Below are positions 8,581 to 18,720 of a stretch of 43,329 nt of DNA, piece by piece. The DNA is from a virus (Duplodnaviria > Caudoviricetes): IMG/VR virus record IMGVR_UViG_3300030376_006642, positions 1 to 43,329 of that record. One strand, written 5' to 3'. The position numbers were made by a program, and so were the translations under genes. The stretch's first letter is position 1; the number at the start of each line of letters is the position of its first letter. The notes under the pieces were generated by a model, which did not search any database, was not told the origin of the DNA, and saw nothing but the letters and a program-made list of their open reading frames with translations.

Positions 8581-8709
8581 ATGCCATACGGTAAAGGAAC
8601 ATACGGTAAGAAAAAAGGTAGACCATCAAAAAAAGCTAAAATGGCTGCAAGAAAAAAGATGTCACCTGCAAAGAAAAAAATGATGAAACTTAAAAGAAAG
8701 AAAAAATAA
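8581..8709 (+). CDS. Protamine-like Lys-rich peptide (not in ORF track)
   Basis: 42 aa, MPYGKGTYGKKKGRPSKKAK...KRKKK; AAGGAG RBS. Confidence 0.8.
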   Translation: MPYGKGTYGKKKGRPSKKAKMAARKKMSPAKKKMMKLKRKKK

Positions 8710-8834
8710 TGGGAAAAGTTAGTTGGTTATGGGGCGGCAAAAGATATTATGGGACTCTTATTAGAGAGACTAAAACTCATAAATTTGCTCGTACTCATAA
8801 TGGTAAAATAAAAAAAATTAAAAAGAAAAAATGA
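8709..8834 (+). CDS. Small basic peptide (not in ORF track)
   Basis: 41 aa, MGKVSWLWGGKRYYGTLIRETKTHKFARTHNGKIKKIKKKK; TAATG and ATGA overlaps at its two ends. Confidence 0.75.
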   Translation: MGKVSWLWGGKRYYGTLIRETKTHKFARTHNGKIKKIKKKK

Positions 8835-9769
8835 GATATCAAGAAGCATATGAATTAATACAAGTAAGTCTAGACAATACGCTAGAAGTACCTTTTCCTG
8901 TAAGTGAAAAACTTAAATCTCAATTATTTGACAACATAGTTAATGATATAGCTTTAAGAATTGTTAGAAAAGTTAACAAAGAAGAATTTACTGCAGGTGG
9001 CGATAATTTTGTATTTACTAATGCAGATTATAGTAAACAAATATATAAAGTAGAATTAATTAGTTCTGACTCTGCTTCTTCTAATAGTAAAAAAATAATA
9101 CCATTTGTTCCAGAGTCAGCAATGATAGACAATGATGATGACAATGTATCGCATGTAGGATATTTTATTAAAAATGATACAGCTAGTGGAACAATAGATG
9201 TAGATTCAGTATTTGGTGCAACCACAGGATGTGAAAATACATTAACAGTAGAAACAGTAGCAGCACATGGATTGTCTACAGGGGATTATGTAAGATTAAC
9301 AGAAATAGTAGCAGTTAATACAGCTGGGAATCAAGCATACTATGATGAATTTGTAAGCAATAAAAGATTTGCAGTAACAGTTACAGATACAGATACGTTT
9401 ACAGTTTCAGTTGATAGTACGACAACTGCCGCAACAGCAATGGATGCAGATACAATATCAGGAAAATTTACAAAAGATTCAGATAAAATTTATTTTACAA
9501 AAGATGTTTCGGGTACAGTAAAAGTATACTATTATGCATTACCTGAACCCAAAGAAGATGTAACAAGTAAAATTGATTTGCCAGACCAATTGCTCACAGC
9601 AGCAATACATCACACAATAGCAGATTTATTAAATTTATCTGGAAAACTACAATTAGGCTCAGGGCATAAAGGTGTGGCATATTCAATAGAAAAAGAATAT
9701 ATAAATACATCTAGAGCAAAAGAGCCAATGCAAGACATTATACCTTTACCATTGCAGGATTTTATTTAG
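8831..9769 (+). CDS. Head-tail adaptor/ring protein 1 with inserted beta domain
   Basis: Position after head genes; helical termini (IDLPDQLLTAAIHH); internal AHGLSTGDYVRL...VTDTDTFTV resembles the E1-FCCH-like domain seen in phage tail proteins. Confidence 0.6.
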   Translation: MRYQEAYELIQVSLDNTLEVPFPVSEKLKSQLFDNIVNDIALRIVRKVNKEEFTAGGDNFVFTNADYSKQIYKVELISSDSASSNSKKIIPFVPESAMIDNDDDNVSHVGYFIKNDTASGTIDVDSVFGATTGCENTLTVETVAAHGLSTGDYVRLTEIVAVNTAGNQAYYDEFVSNKRFAVTVTDTDTFTVSVDSTTTAATAMDADTISGKFTKDSDKIYFTKDVSGTVKVYYYALPEPKEDVTSKIDLPDQLLTAAIHHTIADLLNLSGKLQLGSGHKGVAYSIEKEYINTSRAKEPMQDIIPLPLQDFI

Positions 9770-10654
9770 ATGTCAACATTTCAAACACGAATAGAAGATT
9801 TAATACAAACTCCTAGTCAAGGTGTTGATACTACATTTATAACTGATTCATTAAATGATGCAATTAAAGATGTTATTAATCTAGCTCCTAAAGAAATGCT
9901 TTGGTCAGTTGGAATAGAATCATCTGAAAAAACATCAAACGGAGAAGAAGTATCAAATACAAAAATATTAAATGTATTAAGAGAAAATGGAACAAATGGC
10001 CAATTCGTTGTATGCAAAGAAGTGCCGTTTTCATACGAAAGAAAATTACAAGATGTAAATAGTATGTTTTATCCTTCTAAAACAGAGCCAATGTTTTTTG
10101 TTAAAAGTAATAAAATATATGTATATCCAGAGCCAGGTGTAAGCCCTGATGCTTACAAATACAATCATGTTGGTTACCCCACAACTGCATATAATGGAAC
10201 GACAATAGGAGCTTCTCATAAAATTCATACAGCAGTAACTGTAACAGATACAGACCCAGCAGTATTTACTTGTGGAGAAACAATAACTTTTGCTAATGGT
10301 GATATTGTTACTTTGTCTAATTTTGAAACATCTACAGATTATAATGGCGTAACTACAACTGTAAATAATGTAGGAACTGATGGAACAAACAAATTTAGAT
10401 TAAATGGTTTATCTAGTAGCGGTGCAGGTACAGCAGGTACAGTAGAAACAGCTTCTTCAGGATTTCCAGATGATTGGGTAATTGCAGTAGTATATGGAGC
10501 AGCATTAAAAGTATGTGCAAGATTAATTTCAGATTGGGTATTTGATGAAGACCCAGAAATGGTGCAAACAACTACAGCTATATATAACAATATAAAAGAA
10601 TTATACACATTACAAATACAAACAATCTTTCCTAAACTCCAAGCAGGAGGTTAA
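9770..10654 (+). CDS. Head-tail adaptor/ring protein 2 with inserted beta domain
   Basis: IYVYPEP and FPDDWVIAVVYGAA ring-protein motifs; internal FANGDIVTLS insert similar to the previous gene. Confidence 0.6.
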   Translation: MSTFQTRIEDLIQTPSQGVDTTFITDSLNDAIKDVINLAPKEMLWSVGIESSEKTSNGEEVSNTKILNVLRENGTNGQFVVCKEVPFSYERKLQDVNSMFYPSKTEPMFFVKSNKIYVYPEPGVSPDAYKYNHVGYPTTAYNGTTIGASHKIHTAVTVTDTDPAVFTCGETITFANGDIVTLSNFETSTDYNGVTTTVNNVGTDGTNKFRLNGLSSSGAGTAGTVETASSGFPDDWVIAVVYGAALKVCARLISDWVFDEDPEMVQTTTAIYNNIKELYTLQIQTIFPKLQAGG

Positions 10655-10656
10655 CG

Positions 10657-13600
10657 ATGCCAAAGAGAGTTTTAGATTTAAGGGACTTCTCTGGCGGTAT
10701 AAATTCCAGAATAAATAAAACCGAATTAAACGATAATGAGGTTACAAAGTCAGTTGGATTAATGTACGACGTTCCTGGTATTATAAGAGGAATGGGAGAA
10801 ACAACTGTATTAAAATACGATGAAACAAATGTAGTCCCAACGCTTTCAAGCCAAACAAATTATACAGTAGGACCAGAAAATGGATATGGATTAGGGTTTG
10901 TATCATTTGATGCCCCATCACAAATATATGTAATTCAAACTGGTGCAAATATATCAGCATTAACTATTGGAAATTATTTATCTAATAGTAATAGTTCTGA
11001 TTGGGATACAACAGTAGATAATTTTGTTCTTCAAATATTTGCAATTGATAATACAGAAGATGGCTATAATGCTAGACAAATATTTTGTTATGTAATAAAA
11101 CCTGGAAAAGATAGTACTTCATTGTTTGCAGTCGCTAAAGGTATAGAAACAAGTGATAAAACATTATATGAATCTGCAAATGCAGATGGAACTAGCCCTG
11201 ATACAAGAACCAATATTTGGTCAGATACAGGGTTTATAAATTTATTAAACACAAATAATCATCAACTTGACGCCCCTAATGATTGGCAATTCCATAAACC
11301 TAATCCTAATTTTACGCAACCGTGGAATATTACAGGAGGTGAATTAGTATTAACGACTGCTAATAATTTTGCTCCAGGATGCGCAGCATATTTAGGAACA
11401 TTTGAAACACCTGGAATTACATCTGGAAAATTATATAGACTAACTCTTGATTTTTCTGCAAATTTAACAGGAGGAGATATAATAATATCTTTAAACGGTC
11501 AAAATACAATTATATCGCCTACTGGAGCAAGTTCTATTTCAGTTGTAATAAGAGCAGGCAATGTAGAATATCCTTCTGTATTAGGAGGGCTATGGCTTAT
11601 AACTCCAGGGCTTGCAGGAATTACAGCCACAATAACAGATGTTACTTTAGTATTACATCCAGCTCAATATGGTACATTAAATGATTTAAATGCATCTACA
11701 ACATCTCAAAATGCATTAATATACACAGATTCGTATGACCAAAAAGTAAAATATTTTAGTTATGAAATGGGAGCATTTGGCGACATTTTAGTAGATTCAG
11801 CTACAGATGGGAATTTAAAAGAAGCTTTAGTGTTAAAAGATGATAATGGCTCTGTTACTTCTGAAATATCTCCTATAATATATTCTATAGAAGGAGCAAT
11901 ACGATTAATAGAAGCTAATTTTAAATCATTAAAAAAAGGAACGTCTACAGCAAGAGCTCCTTTTGAAAGCAAATATTTAACATATATAGATAGAAAATAT
12001 TTTAACGATAGAATACAGTATTTAGAATGGATAGCTGAACCAGCAGATATAGATGAACCTACTAATGGCGTTGTTAAATTTGATGGCTCTCCTTTATATA
12101 CAAATCAAATGGAAAATGGTTTTATTAATATGTTAGCATATAAAGGTGAAGCGTCTAAAAATAGAAAATTATTTAAAGAATTTATAGGTGTTGATGGATG
12201 TTATTCAGGCTTTAAAGAACAGCAGCATGAAAATCAACATTTTCCAATAGTAGCAAGTAAATGGGATATTATATCAAATTATACAGCACCAATACCGCTA
12301 TTACCTGATGGTAGCCCTGCTAAAGGGTGTGTAGGTTTTTTTAAAAGAGATTTACAGCAAGGCAACGTAACATTTCAATATCATAGTGGATTAGATGGAA
12401 CATTAGGCCCGACAGAAGCATTTGATAAATCAATTGATTTAACAGCTTCTGATAGTGGAGCTTTATTAGTAACATTGTATATAAGCCCAGATGCATTAAC
12501 AAATTTAAAAGAAGAAAATCCGTTAACAATATATATAGGAAATGCAGGAGATGCTCCAGGCGATACAGGTGCAGAATTTGACGAAACATTTGATGGTAAT
12601 TTTGATGACGGAGCTAATGTAGCATTTGCATATTATGATTATCCTAAAAGCGAATTAGATTCTGGATGGACAACATTTAAATTAGAAAAAAATAAATATA
12701 GTGGTTTAAGGGGTGCATATGATGCTAAAAACATTAAAGATGTATTTATAAAATTTAGACAAAAAGAATTCTCAGACCATTATTATGCAGGAGAAGGAGT
12801 TAGTGTAAATGAACAATATTTATTTTATTTTGTAGGGTCAGATGGAGGAGATGAAGTAGGTAAAACAGTTAATGATAATGATTATGACAATTCAAGCTAT
12901 ATAGATTTAGTTTATCATTTAGGAAGTACCAATAATGATACTCAACCTTCAGTTAGACGAATATTTCTAAAAAAAGGCGACCATTATGATATAAAATCAA
13001 TAACTTATCCAGATGGAAATTTTACAGGAAGCGGTAATGCAAGATGGTATCGAAATAAAGCTGTTATTGATGTAGAATCTCATGATGATGCTGAAATTAC
13101 TGTGTCACAACATTTTCAGCAAGGTGATTTAGTATTAATTAAAAGAAATAGCGATAGTGGCTCAAGTTATACAACTTATACTGAAAATAAAGAAGGTTAT
13201 TTTTGCGCTTGTGTAGATTCTGTAGATGATGCTAATGATACTATAACTGTAACATTGCCTTCTCAAAAACAAGAAATACTTGGAACTAAAATAAGTGATA
13301 GTTGGTTTGATATAACTGATTTTAATACAAACGCAACATTATATAAACATCCTAATTTGCCAGAAAATGACAATCAACGTGCATCAATTGCTTTTTCTTC
13401 AAATAATGAAGGGAATGAAACACCAAGTGGAGTAATAACAGGAATAGGAGATAATTTTACGTCAACTCCTGTTCCATTTGCAATATCTGCAATAGAGTAC
13501 GAAAAAGCTGTAGAAGGAAATTGGAATGGTAAATACACATTTTATTATAGTTTTGTTTATGATGATAAACAAGAATCTAAAATGTATGAATTTAAATCAT

Positions 13601-15819
13601 TATCAAATAAATTTGGAGATGGGACATTACCTTCTAATGAAATAGAATTAAAAGAAGAAATGTTATATTTATCTTTTTGTTTAAAAGAAGCTAGTATAAC
13701 AGGTGGATGGAATCATTCAACTGCAGGAAGAAAAAGAATAAGTGGTGCAAATATATATTATTCTAAAATATTAGAAGATGCAGAAACAGGCGATACATCA
13801 TATTATTTCTTAGGAGAATTAGATTTAAACAAAGGATTTAGATTATCAGGGACTACAAAGTACAATTTATTTCAAGAAGTAAATGCAGGTAGTTTTGAAA
13901 ATTCAAGTTTAGTATGCGCAGCAGCAGATATTAAATATGCATCTGGTACTAATGATACTATAACAAGTGTTTCTGAGTTAGATTTTTCTAAGTTTTTTAA
14001 AGTTGGAGATAGAATAAAAATTGTTACAGAAACTACTGCATTGACAGGAGCAACATTAACAAATAATGGATACGAAAGAGAAGTTACAATAAAATCAATA
14101 GCAAGTAATATATTGACTGTTAATGAAGAAATTTATGGCTCTTCAGCTACAAGTGGAGAATCTGCAACATTTACTTTTATGGGCGTTTATGACTCATTTA
14201 AAGCTATAGTATCTGCAGAACCAGTTAAATCTACAGCAACATTAACATTTACAGATGTACCAAGTAACGGTGAATTATTAACTTTATTTGATGCAGATAA
14301 TAATACAGTAGTATTTAAAATAGCTAGCAACACAACTTTAACTGGAGATGTTATTGGTGGCGGAGATACTAGTATAAACGTAGGAACAAGTGGTTTATCT
14401 ACAGCAAAAGAAATAGCTGATGCGTTAGCTAAGGTTATCAACAATGTAACTTCGTTTAATAATTCTCAAACATTACATATTACAGCAGATAGTAATCAAG
14501 CAACAGATGGTCAAATAGTATTAACTCAAGATATTGCAGGTCCAACAGGAGATAATGTTATATATCATACTATGAGTAATTTAACTGCAGATGCAGGATT
14601 TACTGGGAATACTAAGGCTCCAGTAGATTATAATAATTTAAAACCATTACAAATAGAAACACCTCCAATGGTAGAAATATTTGAAACTAGAGCATTATAT
14701 AGAAATGATGTAGAATATACAAGCGCAAGATACAAAACTCATACAATAAACAATGGTGTTGTATATGCTGGGAATGTTATGCAAGGTAATGTTATTTATA
14801 CAGACAGAATATTAAAATCATTACCATCTAGACCTGATTTATTTCCTAGTGATAATTTTATAGAAGCAGCAGTTAATGATGGAGATGAAATTATAGTATT
14901 AGAATCTTTTAATGACAGAATATTACAATTTAAAAGAGGAAGTTTAAGTATTATAAATGTAGCGGGTTCAATAGAATACTTAGAAAATACATACCAACAT
15001 TTAGGTGTTAAAAGTACAATGGCAGTATGCAAAACAGATAAAGGTGTAATATTTGCAAACAAAAGTGGTGTATATATATTTATAGGCGAAGGTGAACCTA
15101 CTAAACTAACTAGCAAATTATCTGATTCAGATTGGAAAACTTTTGTTAATGGAGAATCTGAAAAATTAGCACTTTTATATGTCCCTTTAAAAGACCAGAT
15201 TATGGTAGGTCATACAACTACAGATGATGCTTATATTTTAGATTTACGAACTCAATCTATATCTTTTGGAGAAGACGTATTTTTATTTGGAAGCCAAACA
15301 ACAAATATTGTTAATGATACAGTAAATAACCAACCTGTATATCTTTCAAAAGATGGAAGTAATAATTTGAAATTTTATACAATGTATAACAGTGAAGATG
15401 ATACATATTTAGCAAGTATAACTCATGGAACTTCTACAGTAGCTACTTCAAGTGACATACAATCTTCAACAGGAATTGGAGTGGAATTTAAACATTTAGA
15501 TTTTGGAGCTCCAGAAGTAAGAAAAAAAATACATAGCATTACAATTACTTCTAAAGACTCTGATGGTGATTTAAAATTACAATATTCATCTAATATGGGT
15601 AATTCTTGGGTAGATGTAGGAGCTGACGAAGCTGCTTCTACAATAACAAATTACGATGGTAATAGAGGAAGTTATTCTAGACAAAGATTTAAAGTAAGTA
15701 TTAATAATATATATACATTAGGGCTTAGAATAGTTCCTACTACTGGTACTTCAAGCATAGAAGCAGATTTTGGTATTCAAGATATATCCATAGTATATAG
15801 AATGAAAAATGTCAAATAG
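10657..15819 (+). CDS. Tail nozzle/stabilisation protein (P22 gp10/T7 gp12-like) with accessory domains
   Basis: 1720 aa. N-terminal DFSGGIN; C-terminal beta-propeller repeats, HLDFGAPEVRKKI and ISIVYR terminus typical of podovirus nozzles. Confidence 0.7.
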   Translation: MPKRVLDLRDFSGGINSRINKTELNDNEVTKSVGLMYDVPGIIRGMGETTVLKYDETNVVPTLSSQTNYTVGPENGYGLGFVSFDAPSQIYVIQTGANISALTIGNYLSNSNSSDWDTTVDNFVLQIFAIDNTEDGYNARQIFCYVIKPGKDSTSLFAVAKGIETSDKTLYESANADGTSPDTRTNIWSDTGFINLLNTNNHQLDAPNDWQFHKPNPNFTQPWNITGGELVLTTANNFAPGCAAYLGTFETPGITSGKLYRLTLDFSANLTGGDIIISLNGQNTIISPTGASSISVVIRAGNVEYPSVLGGLWLITPGLAGITATITDVTLVLHPAQYGTLNDLNASTTSQNALIYTDSYDQKVKYFSYEMGAFGDILVDSATDGNLKEALVLKDDNGSVTSEISPIIYSIEGAIRLIEANFKSLKKGTSTARAPFESKYLTYIDRKYFNDRIQYLEWIAEPADIDEPTNGVVKFDGSPLYTNQMENGFINMLAYKGEASKNRKLFKEFIGVDGCYSGFKEQQHENQHFPIVASKWDIISNYTAPIPLLPDGSPAKGCVGFFKRDLQQGNVTFQYHSGLDGTLGPTEAFDKSIDLTASDSGALLVTLYISPDALTNLKEENPLTIYIGNAGDAPGDTGAEFDETFDGNFDDGANVAFAYYDYPKSELDSGWTTFKLEKNKYSGLRGAYDAKNIKDVFIKFRQKEFSDHYYAGEGVSVNEQYLFYFVGSDGGDEVGKTVNDNDYDNSSYIDLVYHLGSTNNDTQPSVRRIFLKKGDHYDIKSITYPDGNFTGSGNARWYRNKAVIDVESHDDAEITVSQHFQQGDLVLIKRNSDSGSSYTTYTENKEGYFCACVDSVDDANDTITVTLPSQKQEILGTKISDSWFDITDFNTNATLYKHPNLPENDNQRASIAFSSNNEGNETPSGVITGIGDNFTSTPVPFAISAIEYEKAVEGNWNGKYTFYYSFVYDDKQESKMYEFKSLSNKFGDGTLPSNEIELKEEMLYLSFCLKEASITGGWNHSTAGRKRISGANIYYSKILEDAETGDTSYYFLGELDLNKGFRLSGTTKYNLFQEVNAGSFENSSLVCAAADIKYASGTNDTITSVSELDFSKFFKVGDRIKIVTETTALTGATLTNNGYEREVTIKSIASNILTVNEEIYGSSATSGESATFTFMGVYDSFKAIVSAEPVKSTATLTFTDVPSNGELLTLFDADNNTVVFKIASNTTLTGDVIGGGDTSINVGTSGLSTAKEIADALAKVINNVTSFNNSQTLHITADSNQATDGQIVLTQDIAGPTGDNVIYHTMSNLTADAGFTGNTKAPVDYNNLKPLQIETPPMVEIFETRALYRNDVEYTSARYKTHTINNGVVYAGNVMQGNVIYTDRILKSLPSRPDLFPSDNFIEAAVNDGDEIIVLESFNDRILQFKRGSLSIINVAGSIEYLENTYQHLGVKSTMAVCKTDKGVIFANKSGVYIFIGEGEPTKLTSKLSDSDWKTFVNGESEKLALLYVPLKDQIMVGHTTTDDAYILDLRTQSISFGEDVFLFGSQTTNIVNDTVNNQPVYLSKDGSNNLKFYTMYNSEDDTYLASITHGTSTVATSSDIQSSTGIGVEFKHLDFGAPEVRKKIHSITITSKDSDGDLKLQYSSNMGNSWVDVGADEAASTITNYDGNRGSYSRQRFKVSINNIYTLGLRIVPTTGTSSIEADFGIQDISIVYRMKNVK

Positions 15820-18652
15820 AAAAATAGATAATTTAAGAGAACCTTCTAACCTCCAATTAAAAGTAAAAACTGGATACCCTACTGCTATTGACGCAAAAGA
15901 AGGCGTAGTTACACTTCGATATATTCCAGGAACAGGTTTAGCATTATTTGCATATTATGCTAATAAATGGAGTATGACAAAGCTATCAAATATGAATGCT
16001 AAAGATGAAAGCATTGTTGAAAATTTAAAAGTTAAAAACTTAGAAATAGATAAAAGTGCAAAGTTTAATGCATCGTCTGTTAATATATCAGAAAAAAATA
16101 TACCTTCTATAAGAAAATGGGATAAATCATATAATGATATAAGAAGTGGAGAAATAGAAGCAAACTTTAAAAAAACTAAAGTTAAAGAAGATTTGCAGAT
16201 TGGCCCTGATAATAATAAAATATTATTAAAAAATAATAGTGGTGCGTTAAATATTAGAAATGCTGCTGACGATGGAGATATAACATTAGCAACTACATAC
16301 ACTGCAGCTAAATGTACTGATGCTACTGCTAATAATACAGCAACTGCACTTAAAACTTTAGTAGGAGAATCACCTGTTGCTATAGATATAGCAAATGATA
16401 GTATTATATTTGGAGATGCCGATGGAGTAAGTGCAGGTCAACCTGAAAGAACTGTATTTAAATCTATTAGTACGGCTATGGCAGGAGATGGTCTAGCAGC
16501 AGATGGCACAACAGGAGTGTTGTCTGTCGGAGTAGATAATTCTACAGTAGAAATTAATAGTGATGCACTTAGAGTAAAAGCTGGTGCTATTACAACAAGT
16601 CAAATTGCCGCAGGTACTTTAGTTGCTGAGTTAGAAGGAATTGGTAGTAATGACAATGATACTACGATACCTACATCAGCAGCTGTAAAAGATTATGTAG
16701 ATAATAATGCAGGCGGTACGTTTAGTGGAAGTATTACTACAAATCAAATAGCTCATGGCTCTGGAACTAATGCTTTGCAAGGAACTGATAATTTTTCATT
16801 TTCAAATGGTCTTTTATCAATGACGACTTCAGATGCCTCATCTCAAAAACCTCGTTTAACATTTTTAAATTCTAATGCAAACGATGAATCTGGTACAATA
16901 TATTTTAATAACACCTCTGCATCTCCTGCTATGAATGATAAATTAATGCAAATATATATTACTGGAAAAAATAATGCAGGAACTCCAGAAGATATTACAT
17001 ATGCAACTATTAAAGCAAATATTTTAAGTTTTGCAGATGATAATGAAGCAAGTTATATGGATTTTAAAACTATGGCAAACGGCAGTGAAAGAACTTTATT
17101 AAGTTTATATGGTGACGCTATGCTTGTACAAGGTACTGATGGAAATACAGCATTTAAAATAAAAAGTTCTGCAGATGCAGGTGATTTTTTTGGAGTTACT
17201 GTTGATACTCATGGAGCTACAACTATAGCAACTGAGGATGATGATGCTATAGCTGCTAATCTTACATTAGATATAGATGGAGACATAGAGCTTAATGCAG
17301 ATGGTGGAGATATAGTATTTAAAGATGATACTGCTTCATTAGCTACAATAAATAGTGATGGATTAACTATAAATAATATATCAAGTGGTGATGGTTCTGG
17401 AGAAAACTTTTTAGTTGAAGAAAGTGGAGTTGTTAAAAAAAGAACAGCTGCTCAAACATTAAATGATATAGGGGCAATGCCTGATTCTGGAGATATTACT
17501 ATAGCAGGAACATTATCTATAACTGATACTGGGAGTCCTCCTCTAAAAGTAGCTTATGATGCAAACCATTTTGCTACATTTGATATGGATACTAATGGAG
17601 TATTAGAAATTGAATGCACAGATGGTGGTTCAGCAGAGTCTAAATTACAATTAAAAAATGGCGGTACTACTAGCGACCAATATTTAGTGTGGGGAAACAG
17701 TAGTGAAACAGCAAGAATTACATCTAATGGAGCTCAAAATTTAGTTTTAAATACAAATGAAGGAACAGATTCAGGATATATAGAATTGCAAGATGCTGCT
17801 AATGGAGACATAAGTATTATTCCTAACGGAACAGGAGATGTTATATTAGGTACTAGTACTGGAAGTGTTCAGTTTGCTACTACTACATTTTTAGATGGTA
17901 ATGGCAATGCAATGTTTGGTACAGCTGTTGCTTCAAGTGCTGTTAATAATGTGGAATTAGGTAACGCAGCTACAGGTAATGCTGCTACATTAAAAGCTAC
18001 AGGAACAGATACTAATGTACCGCTTACGGTTTCTACTAAAGGAACAGGTGCAGTAACAATTGATTCTGGTGGAGATATTGCATTAGATGCAGCAAGTGGT
18101 AATTTTACAGCTAAAAAAAGTGGTGTAGAATTTAGTGCAGCTAATAGTGCTTATGCTGGCATGGTATTAGGATATACATATATACAGCCATCATCAACCG
18201 TATTAAGTTTTGAAATACAAAATGCATTAACAGTAGAAGATGATGGTCATAAAATAACTTTTAAAACACCTCCTAGTCAAAAAGTAGAAATAGAAGTTAC
18301 CGCAATGATAAATTGTTCGTCTAGCGATACAAGAATTTCTGTTGGATTAAGTTCAGCAAATGCAACAGATGGATATAGTTCAGTAGCTGGTCAATTTGAA
18401 TATGATAGCAGTGGTATATTTTTTACTGATGATGAAGTAGATGACCACGTCAAAACATTTAAGTTTGTAGTTGAAGCAGCAAATTTAGCAGCTGTTGGTT
18501 CTGATAACACATTTTGGATAGGATTTTCAACATCTAATTCTACTAAAACAGCTTATTTAACATATGGATATAGAAGTACCCATGGCATAGCAAATCATCC
18601 ATTTATAATAAAAGCAACAGCATTACCTGCAACTATATATGATGGGTCATAA
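15809..18652 (+). CDS. Tail fibre protein
   Basis: 947 aa, G/S/T/N/D-rich; DTTIPTSAAVKDYVD; repeated DGDIELNADGGDI/GGDIALDAASG and IIPNGTGDV/STKGTGAV modules. Confidence 0.75.
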   Translation: MSNRKIDNLREPSNLQLKVKTGYPTAIDAKEGVVTLRYIPGTGLALFAYYANKWSMTKLSNMNAKDESIVENLKVKNLEIDKSAKFNASSVNISEKNIPSIRKWDKSYNDIRSGEIEANFKKTKVKEDLQIGPDNNKILLKNNSGALNIRNAADDGDITLATTYTAAKCTDATANNTATALKTLVGESPVAIDIANDSIIFGDADGVSAGQPERTVFKSISTAMAGDGLAADGTTGVLSVGVDNSTVEINSDALRVKAGAITTSQIAAGTLVAELEGIGSNDNDTTIPTSAAVKDYVDNNAGGTFSGSITTNQIAHGSGTNALQGTDNFSFSNGLLSMTTSDASSQKPRLTFLNSNANDESGTIYFNNTSASPAMNDKLMQIYITGKNNAGTPEDITYATIKANILSFADDNEASYMDFKTMANGSERTLLSLYGDAMLVQGTDGNTAFKIKSSADAGDFFGVTVDTHGATTIATEDDDAIAANLTLDIDGDIELNADGGDIVFKDDTASLATINSDGLTINNISSGDGSGENFLVEESGVVKKRTAAQTLNDIGAMPDSGDITIAGTLSITDTGSPPLKVAYDANHFATFDMDTNGVLEIECTDGGSAESKLQLKNGGTTSDQYLVWGNSSETARITSNGAQNLVLNTNEGTDSGYIELQDAANGDISIIPNGTGDVILGTSTGSVQFATTTFLDGNGNAMFGTAVASSAVNNVELGNAATGNAATLKATGTDTNVPLTVSTKGTGAVTIDSGGDIALDAASGNFTAKKSGVEFSAANSAYAGMVLGYTYIQPSSTVLSFEIQNALTVEDDGHKITFKTPPSQKVEIEVTAMINCSSSDTRISVGLSSANATDGYSSVAGQFEYDSSGIFFTDDEVDDHVKTFKFVVEAANLAAVGSDNTFWIGFSTSNSTKTAYLTYGYRSTHGIANHPFIIKATALPATIYDGS

Positions 18653-18658
18653 TTTTAA

Positions 18659-18688
18659 TTGGAAAAATAGTAATTAAAATGATATATT
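18659..18688 (+). promoter_or_regulatory. Promoter upstream of ejection-protein module
   Basis: TTGGAA-N18-TATATT. Confidence 0.5.
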
Positions 18689-18720
18689 ATATTGACAAAA
18701 AGGATTAAAAAACACAAAGT

